Counted from the stretch's first letter, positions 30,093 through 39,569 are shown. The stretch: DNA of 64,000 bases from Pseudomonadota bacterium (GCA_043823065.1 JBDRBB010000010.1:160001-224000), one strand, 5' to 3'. The notes: generated from the sequence alone by a model not told the origin. Numbers and translations are program-made.

Positions 30093-30710
30093 TTAATTCT
30101 CCTCTTGCATAGACTTTTCAATTACCGGCTCTTCCATTTTTTTAAGCTCCTGCAAAGCAGCTTGGGTATTTTCCTCAATTTTAAGGTCTAGTTCCTCGCC
30201 ACTCAACCCACGATTTTTGCTTTTAATCTTGGCAGCATTGGTGCGTTTAAATTGATCGTAAACTTGAGAGAAGAAATAATTAAGATCGATTTTAATCAGC
30301 GCCTGAAATTGTTTTTTCTTTTTATCATAATGTCTGGCTACAATTGCTGCACCCAAAAGCGTTTCATCAGCAGACGATTCTACAATGCTTTCAGAAATAG
30401 CATAATTGCTATTTCGAATTTCTTGAATATAGTTTGTAGTTAAAGATTGCATGAAACTGGCTACTTCAGCTCTGGCATTAAGATCAGCGCTTTTGCGTAA
30501 ATCAAATTTATCAGTCCAATCTGGATTAGAGTAGCCAATAGCCATAAAGATTTTTTCTTTACGATCCCAAGAATGACCTTCTTTTTTCCACCATTTTTTA
30601 TCTAGGCGCAACTCTTGGCCCCAATGATCTTCTTTGGCGCAGCCTAGATAAAAACAAGAAGCGCTAAAAACAACGATTACACTGAAAGTTATAAGTTTTT
30701 TAAATAACAT
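30093..30710 (-). CDS. LPP20-like lipoprotein
   Basis: Lipobox YLGC; FMAIG...ADLNARAEVA. Confidence 0.6.
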   Translation of the reverse strand: MLFKKLITFSVIVVFSASCFYLGCAKEDHWGQELRLDKKWWKKEGHSWDRKEKIFMAIGYSNPDWTDKFDLRKSADLNARAEVASFMQSLTTNYIQEIRNSNYAISESIVESSADETLLGAAIVARHYDKKKKQFQALIKIDLNYFFSQVYDQFKRTNAAKIKSKNRGLSGEELDLKIEENTQAALQELKKMEEPVIEKSMQEEN

Positions 30711-30787
30711 AATTACCCCCTTATTAGCTCGCAAATTACCTTATCTAAATCATCCTGTAAACCCTGAGAGTTAATGGTCTAAGATTC

Positions 30788-30902
30788 CAACAATACTGGC
30801 GTAGGGCGGCTTTTCGAACCGGACTGCCATTACTCAAGTTGCTAATAGTTTCGTAATAGCGTGAAGGAGGTGAGAAAAGTCGGCCGAAAGCTAGTATTGT
30901 TG
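30788..30902 (+). ncRNA. Second copy of the structured element (homolog of 12868-12989)
   Basis: CAACAATACT-GGC-GTAG-GGCGGCTTTTC-GAA...GGAGG-TGA-GAAAAGTCGGCC-GAAA-GCT-AGTATTGTTG. Confidence 0.5.
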
Positions 30903-30993
30903 CATTATTTGGCTTAGATATTGCTTATTTTTAAGGTTGGTAAACCAGGGCTGAATTGTGTTATAAAAATAGTAAATAGGCAGGAGCGAGCAT

Positions 30994-32706
30994 ATGCGTA
31001 AAATATTAATTTTAATTATTTCAGCAAGTTATCTTGGTTTAGGCTTGCTTGGAGGTCTCTTAAGTTGTGTGAGCGAAGATAGCTATCAATTTGGCAAATT
31101 GGAGATTGAAACTCCATTAGAAGAAGGACTAAGCGCTGAAACTCTAATTGAATCAACTCTTCCAACTGCTGGCAGTACAGATGTAGATTTGGCCACTGTC
31201 ATTAAGGTAATTTTTAGCCAAAGAATAGACAAGAACACCTTAACTCCAGAAACTTTTATTGTGCAAAGCTTATCAAACCCTGTTCCAGGGGAAATAACGT
31301 ACGAGGAAGCTACTAGAACTGCGATATTCAAACCCGAGCACAGTTTAGGATTACTTGCCAATTATAAGGTGCTTCTAACCACAGGTATCAAAACTTCAAA
31401 AGAAGAAGCTTTAGCTGCAGATTACTCTTGGAATTTTTCCACGCGTGATGGCGTTTGGGAAACGCAAGCCAAAGAGTTAAAATGGTCAAACACAGCAGCC
31501 ACCAATCCTCAAGCAGCGATATCAGACAATGGAGATGCGGTTGTGGTGTGGCAACAAATAAATGTTGGAACTACCCCTCCTTATACAATTGTAGCTCGTC
31601 GCTATACTTTGCAAAATGGCTGGGAATCTTTGGCGCACCCAGTGGCCAATGCTGGTCCTAATTGTATTAATCCACAAGTGGGTATTGATGAACAGGGTCG
31701 AATGGTGGTGGTTTGGGCGCAAGGAGAAATTGCCAACAGAGATGTTTATGCAAATACGCCAGGCGCTAATGGCATCTGGAATCCAGCAACAGCCAAGCCC
31801 TTAGATAACTTAGAAGGCAGAACTGGTAGCCCTCAGCTGGCCATGAGTAAAACAGGACGTGCTTTGGCAGTTTGGACTCAACAGGAAGCAGCCCATCGTT
31901 GGTTTATATTTATTAATCAGTATTTGCCAGAACAAGGTTGGAATGTAGAACCTAAAAAAATTTCCTCTGCTTCTAATTCTTCATTTTCTCCAACAATAGG
32001 CATAGGGAAAAGTGATTCTGCCATGGCGGTATGGGAGCAAAGAAGAATTAAAATTGATGGAGACATGATTGAATTCATGGACAATATAGAGGCCAATCAT
32101 TTGCAAGGAGAATTATCTAGCTGGGATTCCAGCACGGAGCAGGAACTTACTGATACCGAGCTAGGTGCTTTGCATCCACAAGTAGCTGGTGATGGTAAAG
32201 GTAATTATTTAACAGTTTGGATACAATCAGATGGAACTCGTGATAGAGCTTATGCCAGATATTTTAAGTCAGAAACTAATGCGTGGGAGTCTTCTGCTAA
32301 ATCACTGGATAATGGTTCAAGTCATGCCAAGTCAATTCAAATTGCCATGAATAATATTGGGGATGCGGTAGCGTTGTGGGCTCAGGATGACCGGATTTGG
32401 GCCAGAAGATATATTGCTGACACGGGCTGGGAAGCAGCAGCGCTAAAAATAGATCAGGGCTCACAACCAGCCAAAGATCCAAAAGTGGCGCTTGATGATG
32501 AGGGAAATATTATTGCCACTTGGGTTCAAGACGATGATATTTGGATTAATCGCTATAGTGTTCGGGATGGTTCTTGGCATACAGAACAAAATATTGATGA
32601 TCATGATGCTGTAGCCAGTTTACCCACAATTGCCATGAACAGCCAAGGACAGGCTATTCTAGCTTGGGTTAGAGCAGGCAATATTTTGGCCAAAATGTTT
32701 AAATGA
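30994..32706 (+). CDS. Lipoprotein with Ig-like (Big_5) domain and beta-propeller-like repeats
   Basis: Lipobox LLSC; P..GSTDV...I.V.FS..ID; repeated PQVAxDxxGxAVVVWxQ. Confidence 0.75.
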   Translation: MRKILILIISASYLGLGLLGGLLSCVSEDSYQFGKLEIETPLEEGLSAETLIESTLPTAGSTDVDLATVIKVIFSQRIDKNTLTPETFIVQSLSNPVPGEITYEEATRTAIFKPEHSLGLLANYKVLLTTGIKTSKEEALAADYSWNFSTRDGVWETQAKELKWSNTAATNPQAAISDNGDAVVVWQQINVGTTPPYTIVARRYTLQNGWESLAHPVANAGPNCINPQVGIDEQGRMVVVWAQGEIANRDVYANTPGANGIWNPATAKPLDNLEGRTGSPQLAMSKTGRALAVWTQQEAAHRWFIFINQYLPEQGWNVEPKKISSASNSSFSPTIGIGKSDSAMAVWEQRRIKIDGDMIEFMDNIEANHLQGELSSWDSSTEQELTDTELGALHPQVAGDGKGNYLTVWIQSDGTRDRAYARYFKSETNAWESSAKSLDNGSSHAKSIQIAMNNIGDAVALWAQDDRIWARRYIADTGWEAAALKIDQGSQPAKDPKVALDDEGNIIATWVQDDDIWINRYSVRDGSWHTEQNIDDHDAVASLPTIAMNSQGQAILAWVRAGNILAKMFK

Positions 32707-32723
32707 TTGTCATCTATAGCTTA

Positions 32724-33665
32724 CTAAAACTCCTCAAACTGTTTTTCTGTTTCTTCTTCTGGAATATCTGTCTTATCTTCAGTTTCTTCTTCTGGTAAAT
32801 CAGATAAAACTGGCTCTGGTTCAGTTGCCTTAAATTTTTCCTGTTGTTGTTGAATAGTTTCTGTAGGGTAAGAAGTTGGCTCTGGTTCTTCAGGAGTTTT
32901 TATTTCCTGTTTTTCTTTTTGCTTTTGATTGATCAACCCAATCTTATTTTTGGCTTGTAAGGCTTCGGCTGAAGCAGGAAATTCTTTTTCCACTTTTTCA
33001 TAAAAGACTTTGGACTCTTCAAACAGGCCCATTTCGTAAAAACAGTCGCCCTGTTTTTTCAGCGCAGTAATGCCTTTTTCATGTTGCTCAGATTTATTTA
33101 TTACATTTTGGAATTCCTTAATTGCTCTTTTAAAATCTTTTACTGCATAAAAGCATTCGCCAATCCAAAATTGAGCGTTAATCATCAAAGAACTTTTGGG
33201 AAATTTTTTAATAAAACTTTGAAAAGTTGCTGCCGCACCTAAATATTCGCCAGCATTAAATTTATCCAAACCTTTTTGATAAAGTTCACCTTCATTGGCA
33301 ATATCAGGAGCCACTTTTTTCAAAGCAGCTGTTATTTGGGTGGAAAAAATTTCTAAACGATCTTCAATAGATGTTAACCGGTGTTCTAAATCTGAAATCA
33401 TGCGTTCCAAATCCTGGCGCTGCACAGAGACCATGTGTCGATTGGCATCTACAGCTCCTTTAAGGGCTTTAAATTCCTCTTGTACCGTATGGGAATTGGC
33501 AATGGCGCTGGCCACCTCAGCATTATTTTTAAAATAAGTGCGCTGAATTGATTCCAGACGTTTTTCTAAATCAGTGATTCTAGTATCAGCTGATTCAGCC
33601 CAAAGACGCGGGCCTATAAGACTAAAAGTTAGCATTAACGATAGGAAAAAAATCTGTTTTTTCAT
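32724..33665 (-). CDS. cpoB: Tol-Pal system protein YbgF/CpoB
   Basis: Signal peptide, coiled coil, TPR (FPKS..NAQFWIGECFY); directly downstream of pal. Confidence 0.85.
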   Translation of the reverse strand: MKKQIFFLSLMLTFSLIGPRLWAESADTRITDLEKRLESIQRTYFKNNAEVASAIANSHTVQEEFKALKGAVDANRHMVSVQRQDLERMISDLEHRLTSIEDRLEIFSTQITAALKKVAPDIANEGELYQKGLDKFNAGEYLGAAATFQSFIKKFPKSSLMINAQFWIGECFYAVKDFKRAIKEFQNVINKSEQHEKGITALKKQGDCFYEMGLFEESKVFYEKVEKEFPASAEALQAKNKIGLINQKQKEKQEIKTPEEPEPTSYPTETIQQQQEKFKATEPEPVLSDLPEEETEDKTDIPEEETEKQFEEF

Positions 33666-33678
33666 AAGCGCCTCGTAT

Positions 33679-33717
33679 AAAAAAGACCACAAAGCTCATT
33701 AGAACTTGTGGTCTTTT
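33679..33717 (-). terminator. Terminator or attenuator after pal
   Basis: AAAAGACCACAA...TTGTGGTCTTTT with a poly-T tail on the minus strand. Confidence 0.6.
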
Positions 33718-33737
33718 CTGGATTTAAAAATTAGAGC

Positions 33738-34166
33738 TTATTGTTTGCCAACAAACTCATCCCGACGATTTTTCCACCAGCAACTTTCATTGCTTTCTGT
33801 ACAAAGAGGTCTTTCTTCACCATAGCTAATAGTGCTGATTCTGCCGCTATCTACACCCATATTAGTCATATATCTTTTAGCTGAATTGGCTCGGCGTTCA
33901 CCCAAAGCGATATTATATTCAATTGAACCGCGTTCATCGCAATGTCCTTCAACGGTCAAAGAAGCTTTGGAACGATCCATCATCCATTGAGTATTAGATT
34001 TCATGGTAGGTTCCCATTCTGGTTTAATATTTGACTTATCAAAGTCAAAATGGATTCTTTGCAGGCCACTTTCTTTTGAAGCTGTTTCTGACTTCTTCCT
34101 GGCGCAACCAAAACCGAAATTTGCGGCTATTGCTGCCACTAAAACTAAAAATACTACTTTTCTCAT
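33738..34166 (-). CDS. pal: Peptidoglycan-associated lipoprotein
   Basis: Lipobox GFGC; IHFDFDKS; EGHCDERGS.EYNIALGERRA; SYGEERP; NRR. Confidence 0.95.
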   Translation of the reverse strand: MRKVVFLVLVAAIAANFGFGCARKKSETASKESGLQRIHFDFDKSNIKPEWEPTMKSNTQWMMDRSKASLTVEGHCDERGSIEYNIALGERRANSAKRYMTNMGVDSGRISTISYGEERPLCTESNESCWWKNRRDEFVGKQ

Positions 34167-34287
34167 ATTGCCCCCTATGTAAAAAAATTGGTTTTATCAG
34201 GATATTTTTTTTTGAAAATTATGGTAAGGTTGATAAAATGTCAAGCAGTACTTGTCAGTTTAACCTTTTTAAGTTAGAGCTATCCTC

Positions 34288-34668
34288 ATGTATCACAAAA
34301 TTGTTGTTATAGACCAGTCACGTTTAGCCCTTAATATGTATAGGCTTTTGCTTAAAGAGGAAAAAGCCAATTTTTTAGTGGCCAGCAGCTATCAAGATGC
34401 CAGACCCTGGTTTTTTAATCCAGGTAAGATTGATTTAGTTATAATTAATTCAAACATCTTTGGCTCAAAGTTTGATATAATTTATGAACAGCTTTTAGCA
34501 GACGAACCTTTAGATAAGTTACCCAAGCTTTTTATTTATCAAGAGCAGGAAAATGAGAGACAAAAAAAACTGCAGATGGTGTCTAAAGCATGGTTCCTCA
34601 AACGGCCTTTTCATCCAGATGAATTTTTGAAAATTAGCTTGAATATATTGAAGGCAAAGAAGAAATAG
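34288..34668 (+). CDS. Atypical single-domain receiver protein
   Basis: REC fold (IVVIDQS, DLVIIN, FLKRPF); the phospho-acceptor position is Asn. Confidence 0.65.
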   Translation: MYHKIVVIDQSRLALNMYRLLLKEEKANFLVASSYQDARPWFFNPGKIDLVIINSNIFGSKFDIIYEQLLADEPLDKLPKLFIYQEQENERQKKLQMVSKAWFLKRPFHPDEFLKISLNILKAKKK

Positions 34669-34670
34669 TT

Positions 34671-34738
34671 GTTCTCGACAAGCTCGAACAATAATATACT
34701 TTGAGCAAATATAATATGCATCGAGCGAAGTCGAGAAG
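34671..34738. repeat. REP-like pair (TCGACAAGCTC family)
   Basis: TTCTCGACAAGCTCGA ... TCGAGCGAAGTCGAGAA inverted pair; a related unit lies at ~61563. Confidence 0.6.
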
Positions 34739-34748
34739 CAGAAAAACT

Positions 34749-35075
34749 ATGAATAACAAAACTGGACAGGAAAAAAGATTATATCCGCGAAAAGCCATGC
34801 ATACCCAGGTGATTTTTGAAGATGAATTTGGCCAAGGCTTGTTTTATGTTTATTCTAGGGATATAAGCTTAGGTGGGCTTTTTTTGGAATCTGCCATACC
34901 TTTGCGTTTGGGGACCTTGCTTTTATTATCTTTTAATTTGCCGGAAATTTCAGAACCTATACGGGTTACAGGTGAAGCTATTCGTGTTTCCTATCCAGAA
35001 CCAGGCATGGGCATTCGTTTTATAGATTTACCAAACAAAGAAAGCCTACTTTTAGAAAAATATATAGAAAGCTGA
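34749..35075 (+). CDS. PilZ-domain protein
   Basis: EKRLYPR (RxxxR), DISLGG (DxSxxG), GMGIRF. Confidence 0.88.
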   Translation: MNNKTGQEKRLYPRKAMHTQVIFEDEFGQGLFYVYSRDISLGGLFLESAIPLRLGTLLLLSFNLPEISEPIRVTGEAIRVSYPEPGMGIRFIDLPNKESLLLEKYIES

Positions 35076-35083
35076 CGATATTG

Positions 35084-35575
35084 TTACTTTTTCTTAGTTT
35101 TCTTGGCTGAAAGGTTTTTAATAACCTGATCATGTTCGCGCAATTTTTGTTCTAAAGAATTTAGCTTAGAATGCAGAGATTTTAATTCAGTCTGGACATG
35201 GGAAATCTGCTGAATACTTTCTACAGCAGGTTTGACTTTGCCATCCACAAAATTTCTCACACTTTCCAGTTCTCTCGCTCCAGAGACAAAAGTTTTTTGC
35301 ATAATATCTTTTATAGCCTCTCCACCACTTTGAATAAGCTGCTTAAAAGTGTTGATGGGTAAAGCGTTTGTTTTCTTTTTTTGTTCTTCTAAAATGATTT
35401 GGGCTAAGGTGACAGCAGTTAGATCTTCTTGGGTGTGATTATCAATCACTTCAACATCATCCCCCATCTTAATCATATCGCTGATATCTTCTAATGTTAC
35501 ATAACAGGAATCTTGAGTATCATATAATTTACGATTTTGATAGCGTTTTATTATACGAGATTTTTTATTGGTCAT
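35084..35575 (-). CDS. PhaR-like polyhydroxyalkanoate synthesis regulator DNA-binding protein
   Basis: IIKRYQNRKLYDT..SCYVTL.DI...EDLT..TL.QII.E. Confidence 0.85.
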   Translation of the reverse strand: MTNKKSRIIKRYQNRKLYDTQDSCYVTLEDISDMIKMGDDVEVIDNHTQEDLTAVTLAQIILEEQKKKTNALPINTFKQLIQSGGEAIKDIMQKTFVSGARELESVRNFVDGKVKPAVESIQQISHVQTELKSLHSKLNSLEQKLREHDQVIKNLSAKKTKKK

Positions 35576-35946
35576 GCTTTTTCCCTTTTGATCTTTTTAG
35601 TAACTCTTTTTTTATTCCGTACAGTTTTTGTTTGTTTTGGTTTTGGACGCTTAGCGCTTTCCTGGCGCATTTCATCTTCCAGTGTGTCGCAAAAACCTTT
35701 GATAATTTTGGTAGTGGTTTCTCTGACAAAGGATTCTTTGCTCATGCTGGTGCCCAAATCCTTAGCTATGCAGATTCCTTTGTTGAGTAAATTAACCATG
35801 TAAGGATGTTTATGACATTCACTGGTAGCTTCTACATAGCTTTTGCAAAATTTTAACATGCCTTCAGCTGCTTTAAGCAGTTCATGACCAGCAATAAAAA
35901 TATGGGCCTTGGTTTCAGTCAGATCAGGTGGTTGCTGTTTTCTCAT
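35572..35946 (-). CDS. Hypothetical protein with basic tail
   Basis: ATGA-coupled to neighbours. Confidence 0.65.
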   Translation of the reverse strand: MRKQQPPDLTETKAHIFIAGHELLKAAEGMLKFCKSYVEATSECHKHPYMVNLLNKGICIAKDLGTSMSKESFVRETTTKIIKGFCDTLEDEMRQESAKRPKPKQTKTVRNKKRVTKKIKREKA

Positions 35947-36077
35947 TTTTTCTTTTTCCTCCGAAAAATGCCAAGTGGAGAAGCTTCACGAACTCCCACT
36001 ATAACGGCAAAGGTTAAGACAGTTAAAATAATTTCGGCTAATCCAAAATTAGTAAAAAATTCTGAAAAAGTTGGCAT
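35943..36077 (-). CDS. 44-aa single-pass membrane protein (not in the ORF track)
   Basis: MPTFSEFFTNFGLAEIILTVLTFAVIVGVREASPLGIFRRKKKK*; its stop overlaps the next ATG (ATGA). Confidence 0.6.
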   Translation of the reverse strand: MPTFSEFFTNFGLAEIILTVLTFAVIVGVREASPLGIFRRKKKK

Positions 36078-36102
36078 AAATGTATGCTAGCCAATTAAAA
36101 GA

Positions 36103-36537
36103 TTAATGTCCAGAGCTACTCTTTAGGCTATATGCATTGGGCACTGTTTTATCTTGGTCTTTGAAGTGCAAATAAAGCAAGATAATGTTGACATGCACCG
36201 TAAGCGCTAGAAAAAACATCGCGATAAATAGCCAGATGATGTTGGTGAAAAAAATAAATAACCAGGTCATAATAGCCAGGGTATAAGATGTGGAGATCAT
36301 GGCTTTTTGAAATTGCAGACCAATACCAAAATTGCGGGCCTGGTTGGGATACCAAGACCAAATTGCGCAAAAACGGGTAAATAAATAAATAACGCAAATA
36401 ATTAAGCAGAGTATAGAACTAGCCAGGGAAAGCTTGCCTGCAAAGTATTGCCAAATAATGACGCCAAGGCCTGCTACTCCCAAACCCTCCATCAGACGGA
36501 CCATAAAGCAATTGCGGGAAAAAAAGAATTTTAACAT
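36103..36537 (-). CDS. Membrane protein (about 4 TM)
   Basis: Hydrophobic helices; AGAGG RBS. Confidence 0.65.
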   Translation of the reverse strand: MLKFFFSRNCFMVRLMEGLGVAGLGVIIWQYFAGKLSLASSILCLIICVIYLFTRFCAIWSWYPNQARNFGIGLQFQKAMISTSYTLAIMTWLFIFFTNIIWLFIAMFFLALTVHVNIILLYLHFKDQDKTVPNAYSLKSSSGH

Positions 36538-36603
36538 AAGGAAAACCTCTTACCTCATGCATAAACAATTGCCAACCGCTAAATATCGCGTTACAATGTC
36601 TAG

Positions 36604-37983
36604 GTGAAACTGCAATTCTTAGGAGCCACAGGAACAGTAACAGGTTCAAAGTTTCTTTTGGCCACAAATAATCGTTCTTGGTTAATTGAATGCGGCCTTT
36701 TTCAGGGTTTAAAAGAATTGCGCCAAAGAAACTGGCGCGAGCTGCCTTTTGATGAAAAAACCCTGGAAGCTGTTATCTTAACCCATGCCCATATTGATCA
36801 TTCTGGCTTCTTGCCAGTATTAACCAAAAGAGGTTTTAGAGGCAATGTTTTAGCCTCCAGATCCACAGTAGAGCTATGCAAGGTGCTTCTGCCAGATGCT
36901 GGCTATCTGCAAGAGGAAGATACGCGGTTTGCTGCTAAAAAGGGTTTTTCTAAACATAGCCCACCACTACCTTTATATACTTATGCAGATGCCATTGAAT
37001 CCTTAAAATATCTTAAGCCCATTCCAGATCGGCAGTGGTATCAACTAGCAGAAAATATGAGGTTGATGCTCAGGCCAGCTGGGCATATTTTAGGTTCGCG
37101 TTTTATCAATATTTCAGTTGATGAAGACAAACGACATTTTAATATTCTTTTTGCTGGAGATATTGGCGGCTATGATGCCTTAATTGCGGTTGATCCTGGG
37201 CAAGTGAAATCAGTGACCTATTTGGTTATGGAAGCAACTTATGGTGATCGTTTGCATGAAGAAGAAGATGTATACACCCGCTTTGAAAAAATTATTAACA
37301 AAACTATAAACAGGGGAGGAAAGGTTGTAATTCCAGCTTTTGCGGTTGGTCGCACCCAAGAAGTCTTATATATTTTACGCAAACTGGAAAAACAAAAACG
37401 ACTGCTGGACGTGCCAATTTATCTTAATAGCCCTCTAGCCATTGATGCCACTGGCGTTTACACCAGTTTTATGGAAGAGCATAATTTTTTTAATGGTGAT
37501 AGCACATCTGAGGAAGTGTTTCGACCAAGCAGACTACAAATGGTGCATGATTCTCAAGATTCCAAACAGCTAAATAATCTAAAAGAGCCGGCAATTATTG
37601 TTTCTTCTTCAGGCATGATGACTGGCGGCAGAATTTTACATCATCTTAAAGCATATTTGCCAGACCCCAGAACAACTTTAGTTATCACAGGTTTTCAGGC
37701 TGAAGGCACACGTGGCCGGGCAATTTTGGACGGAGCCAAATCAGTAAAAATTCACGGCGAGGCAGTTCCAGTTAATGCGGAAATTGAATTTGTGGAATCC
37801 TTGTCAGCGCATGGTGATTGGAAAGATATTTTGCGCTGGCTAAAGGGGTTTGAAACTCCGCCTAAGATGACTTTTTTGGTGCACGGAGAAAAAGAATCTT
37901 TAGAGAATTTAAAAGCCAAGATTGAAAATGAATTAAAGTGGAAGGTCACTATTCCGGTTTACGCCCAAAAATTTGATTTATAG
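36604..37983 (+). CDS. Beta-CASP metallo-beta-lactamase ribonuclease
   Basis: FLGATGTVTGS, THAHIDH, AGHILG, EATYGDR, FAVGRTQE, SGMMTGGR, SAHGD, LVHGE. Confidence 0.92.
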   Translation: MKLQFLGATGTVTGSKFLLATNNRSWLIECGLFQGLKELRQRNWRELPFDEKTLEAVILTHAHIDHSGFLPVLTKRGFRGNVLASRSTVELCKVLLPDAGYLQEEDTRFAAKKGFSKHSPPLPLYTYADAIESLKYLKPIPDRQWYQLAENMRLMLRPAGHILGSRFINISVDEDKRHFNILFAGDIGGYDALIAVDPGQVKSVTYLVMEATYGDRLHEEEDVYTRFEKIINKTINRGGKVVIPAFAVGRTQEVLYILRKLEKQKRLLDVPIYLNSPLAIDATGVYTSFMEEHNFFNGDSTSEEVFRPSRLQMVHDSQDSKQLNNLKEPAIIVSSSGMMTGGRILHHLKAYLPDPRTTLVITGFQAEGTRGRAILDGAKSVKIHGEAVPVNAEIEFVESLSAHGDWKDILRWLKGFETPPKMTFLVHGEKESLENLKAKIENELKWKVTIPVYAQKFDL

Positions 37984-39412
37984 CTTTTCTTGTGCCCAGC
38001 TTAAAGCTATTTTCCAAAAACTTAAGCAAACTCTCATCTCCATTCGACAAAATATAATCGCAAGTGGAAGATAGCACAGAATCAAAGTGAAGATTGATTC
38101 CCTTGATATTACCCAAAAGTCTTTTTAAGGACTTGTCCGTAGCTTTTAGGTATTTTTCACCCGCAAATTTTTCTTGAGCAAAGGGAGTTCCTGGTTTGGG
38201 CACAAAATGAGCAATGGTCAGGGTTAGCGAGGAGCCTTTGGCAATTTTCTTAATTTGTTTGCCAAGTGTAGCAATGGCTTCAATATCAGCAGGGGTTTCA
38301 TTAGGCAAGCCAATCATAAAATAAAGACGCAAATTTTTGAGTCCAACTTTGTTTAAGAGATTAACTGTTTCCAATAATTTTTGGTTGGAAAACCTTTTTC
38401 CTAAACTGGCCCGCAATTCTTCACTGGCTGCTTCTACACCTAAGCTAATTGATTTTTGACCTGTTTCAGCCAAGAGCTTGACGACATTTTCCTCAATAGC
38501 TTCCACTCTTAAAGAGGAAGGTGAGAAGGCGCCGCCTTTTTTCAGAATTAATTGGGCTATGGCAAAAAAATCTCGATGAGCAATAAGATCACCACTAATT
38601 AAACCAAATTTTTTGCGGAATTTTAATCCTTGCTCAATCATTTGCGAGATACATTTAAGATTGCGCATTCTAAATGGTGCATACAAGTTAGGTGTGGCGC
38701 AATATTTACATTTTCTAGGACAGCCGCGGCTCAGTTCCATTAAGTGCATATCCCCAAATTCAGCTTGTTGGCTGTAGATCACAGTTTGGGTAGGGTATTT
38801 GTTTAGGTCTTTTACGAAGTGTTTATGGTATATCAGGCAGTCATCCCCGCGTGTTTGTTTGTCATCCCCGCGAAGGCGGGGATCTAGCATTTTATTTCTG
38901 ACTGGATTCCCGCTTGCGCGGGAATGACAAGTAGTGATTACATCTACCAAAACCTCTTCAGCCTCTCCTAGCACAAAGGCATCAAATATCTCAGCCAAAG
39001 GCTTGGGGTTCATGGTGACCGCAGCCCCGCCAGCCAAAAGCCAGGGCTGATCAGCACCTCTTTTGCTGTGCCTATGCTCAATTTTTGCTAAATCTAGAAT
39101 TGGTAAAATGTTTAAAAAATCATTTTGAAAAGAAATGGAAAAAGCCACAATATCAAAATCAGAAAGCGGTCTTTGCGATTCCAGGGTCAGCAAAGCTTTT
39201 TCATTTTTTTCTGGCAAAAATGCGCGCTCACAAACAATTTGAGGATCTTCATTTAGTATTTTGTAGATAGTATGAACAGCTAAATTACCCATGCCCACTT
39301 GATAGGTGTTGGGAAAAACCAGGGCCACAGAGATTTTTCCGCCCCAGTCTTTTTTTATGTAGCCTTGCTCCTGTTCCAGGATTTTTTTATGTTTGAGAAT
39401 TTGGGCCCACAT
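37949..39412 (-). CDS. Radical SAM protein with an in-frame REP insertion
   Basis: FPNTYQVGMGNL, CERAF, RGCPRKCKYC (CxxxCxxC), YFMIGLP.ET, FVPKPGTPF. Confidence 0.88.
   Translation of the reverse strand: MWAQILKHKKILEQEQGYIKKDWGGKISVALVFPNTYQVGMGNLAVHTIYKILNEDPQIVCERAFLPEKNEKALLTLESQRPLSDFDIVAFSISFQNDFLNILPILDLAKIEHRHSKRGADQPWLLAGGAAVTMNPKPLAEIFDAFVLGEAEEVLVDVITTCHSRASGNPVRNKMLDPRLRGDDKQTRGDDCLIYHKHFVKDLNKYPTQTVIYSQQAEFGDMHLMELSRGCPRKCKYCATPNLYAPFRMRNLKCISQMIEQGLKFRKKFGLISGDLIAHRDFFAIAQLILKKGGAFSPSSLRVEAIEENVVKLLAETGQKSISLGVEAASEELRASLGKRFSNQKLLETVNLLNKVGLKNLRLYFMIGLPNETPADIEAIATLGKQIKKIAKGSSLTLTIAHFVPKPGTPFAQEKFAGEKYLKATDKSLKRLLGNIKGINLHFDSVLSSTCDYILSNGDESLLKFLENSFKLGTRKAINQIFGRKPE
38840..38929. 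repeat. REP-like palindrome doublet inside coding sequence
   Basis: GTCATCCCCGCGAAGGCGGGGATCTAG...CTGGATTCCCGCTTGCGCGGGAATGACA plus a partial unit; 90 nt. Confidence 0.85.
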
Positions 39413-39421
39413 TATTTTATT

Positions 39422-39569
39422 AAATTTCTAAATCCTAATGACCTAAATTCTAAACAATTTCAAATTACCAAAATTCAAATTTTCAAAATAGTTAATATAC
39501 AATGTTTTGGTCATTTGAACATTTGACATTAGATATTGTTTAGAAATTAGGGTTTCGATATTAGGGTTT
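39422..39569. repeat. AT-rich palindromic element, copy 4
   Basis: Same arms as 7902-8038. Confidence 0.8.

Noticed and set aside
34701..34748. TTG-start extension of the PilZ gene
   Set aside because: It overlaps a REP-like unit; ATG 34749 gives a normal PilZ start.
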